In this document: positions 63,300 to 64,000 of the stretch, one piece after another
Layout of the letters: the number at the start of each line of letters is the position of its first letter
Numbering within the stretch: the first letter of the stretch is position 1
From: the human T2T-CHM13v2.0 reference genome, Homo sapiens
Assembly: GCF_009914755.1 (NCBI RefSeq)
Contig: NC_060933.1
Strand: one strand, 5' to 3'
Length of the DNA stretch: 64,000 nt
Notes under the pieces: model-generated
Database searches by the model: none
Seen by the model: only the letters and a program-made list of their open reading frames with translations
What the model was told of the DNA's origin: nothing
Program-made: the position numbers and the translations under genes

Positions 63300-64000
63300 C
63301 GAACTTTATTTTCTTCCCACTCTTCTCATTCCTGAGAGTTATCACCGAAATCTCTGCCTTCACCCAGATCTTCCTATATCTGAGTTTCCCCTGAAACCAT
63401 CCAGAAGGCTCATTTGTCTGAAATCATACTTATTCCACACCTGCTTTGCTCGATTATTTATTTCCTCAGTGAATATAACCATTCCTCTTCTACACCAGCT
63501 GCCTAAAATAAGAAGAAACCCTTTAAGCCTGACTTGTACTTTGCGCTTCTCATTTAATTGGTCAATAAAATTTATCAATTCTAAGTTGGAATATCTCTCA
63601 AATCCATCCATTTCTCTTTACCTTACTGCCACTGTCATTGGTGTGCTCTCATCTTTAAATGATGAATTAAAGCATCAGCCCTCTAATTGGCCACTCTTCT
63701 ACCCATTTTGTCTCCTTCATTCCTGGTCTAAATCTTTTTCAGTTACTACCTAAATCATTTCCTCTAAGTCTCTAATCTCTTCTTGTCCTTCCTCTCCATA
63801 GAACCGTTTTCAGTGACTTCCTAGGGCTCCTAGGGTGAAGTCCAGATTTTTCAGCATCCCTATATCTTTCAGTCCTTTCTTGCCCTCTGTTTCCAGCCTT
63901 TCTCAACACCTTTCAGTACATTAAACATGACAGGCTCTTTCTTGCTCCAGGCCTTTGGTCTTTTGGTTATCCCCTCCTGAAATACTTTCTTGTTCTTCAT
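63300..64000 (+). mobile_element. Degraded L2 LINE
   Basis: atatctctcaaatccatccatttctc...actgccactg...cagtgacttcctagggctcctagggtgaagtccaga...ccaggcctttg. Confidence 0.65.

Noticed and set aside
63208-63753. 181-aa plus-strand ORF, the longest in the window
   Set aside because: Overlaps pyrimidine-rich degraded L2; Leu/Ser/Ile-rich composition typical of spurious ORFs

Overview
AT-rich, CpG-poor primate (human-like) nuclear DNA of intergenic or intronic character. I find no intact protein-coding gene, tRNA, rRNA, CpG island or CRISPR array. The ORF-track entries are short and mostly fall inside repeats. A large share of the window is interspersed repeat: about 16 Alu copies or fragments (J, S and Y types), L1 pieces of several ages (one with a twin-priming 5' inversion), L2 and MIR relics, solo LTRs (THE1, two MST, LTR12F-like, MER31-like, MLT1, and an LTR9/MER48-like LTR nested in an Alu), and DNA transposons (piggyBac MER75, MADE1, MER1B, MER5, MER20-like, MER81). 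Many retain target-site duplications (TSDs). Subfamily names come from my recollection of consensus sequences and need RepeatMasker/Dfam confirmation. The most interesting unexplained structure is on the minus strand: an LTR12 promoter with 7 CCAAT boxes pointing at several splice-site-bounded unique blocks. One of these, a 72-nt candidate exon, has its 3' splice site mirrored by a 37-bp inverted copy about 615 bp away. Some blocks show weak kelch-like peptide remnants, which would fit a decayed gene or lncRNA, but this is speculative. I cannot name the locus.
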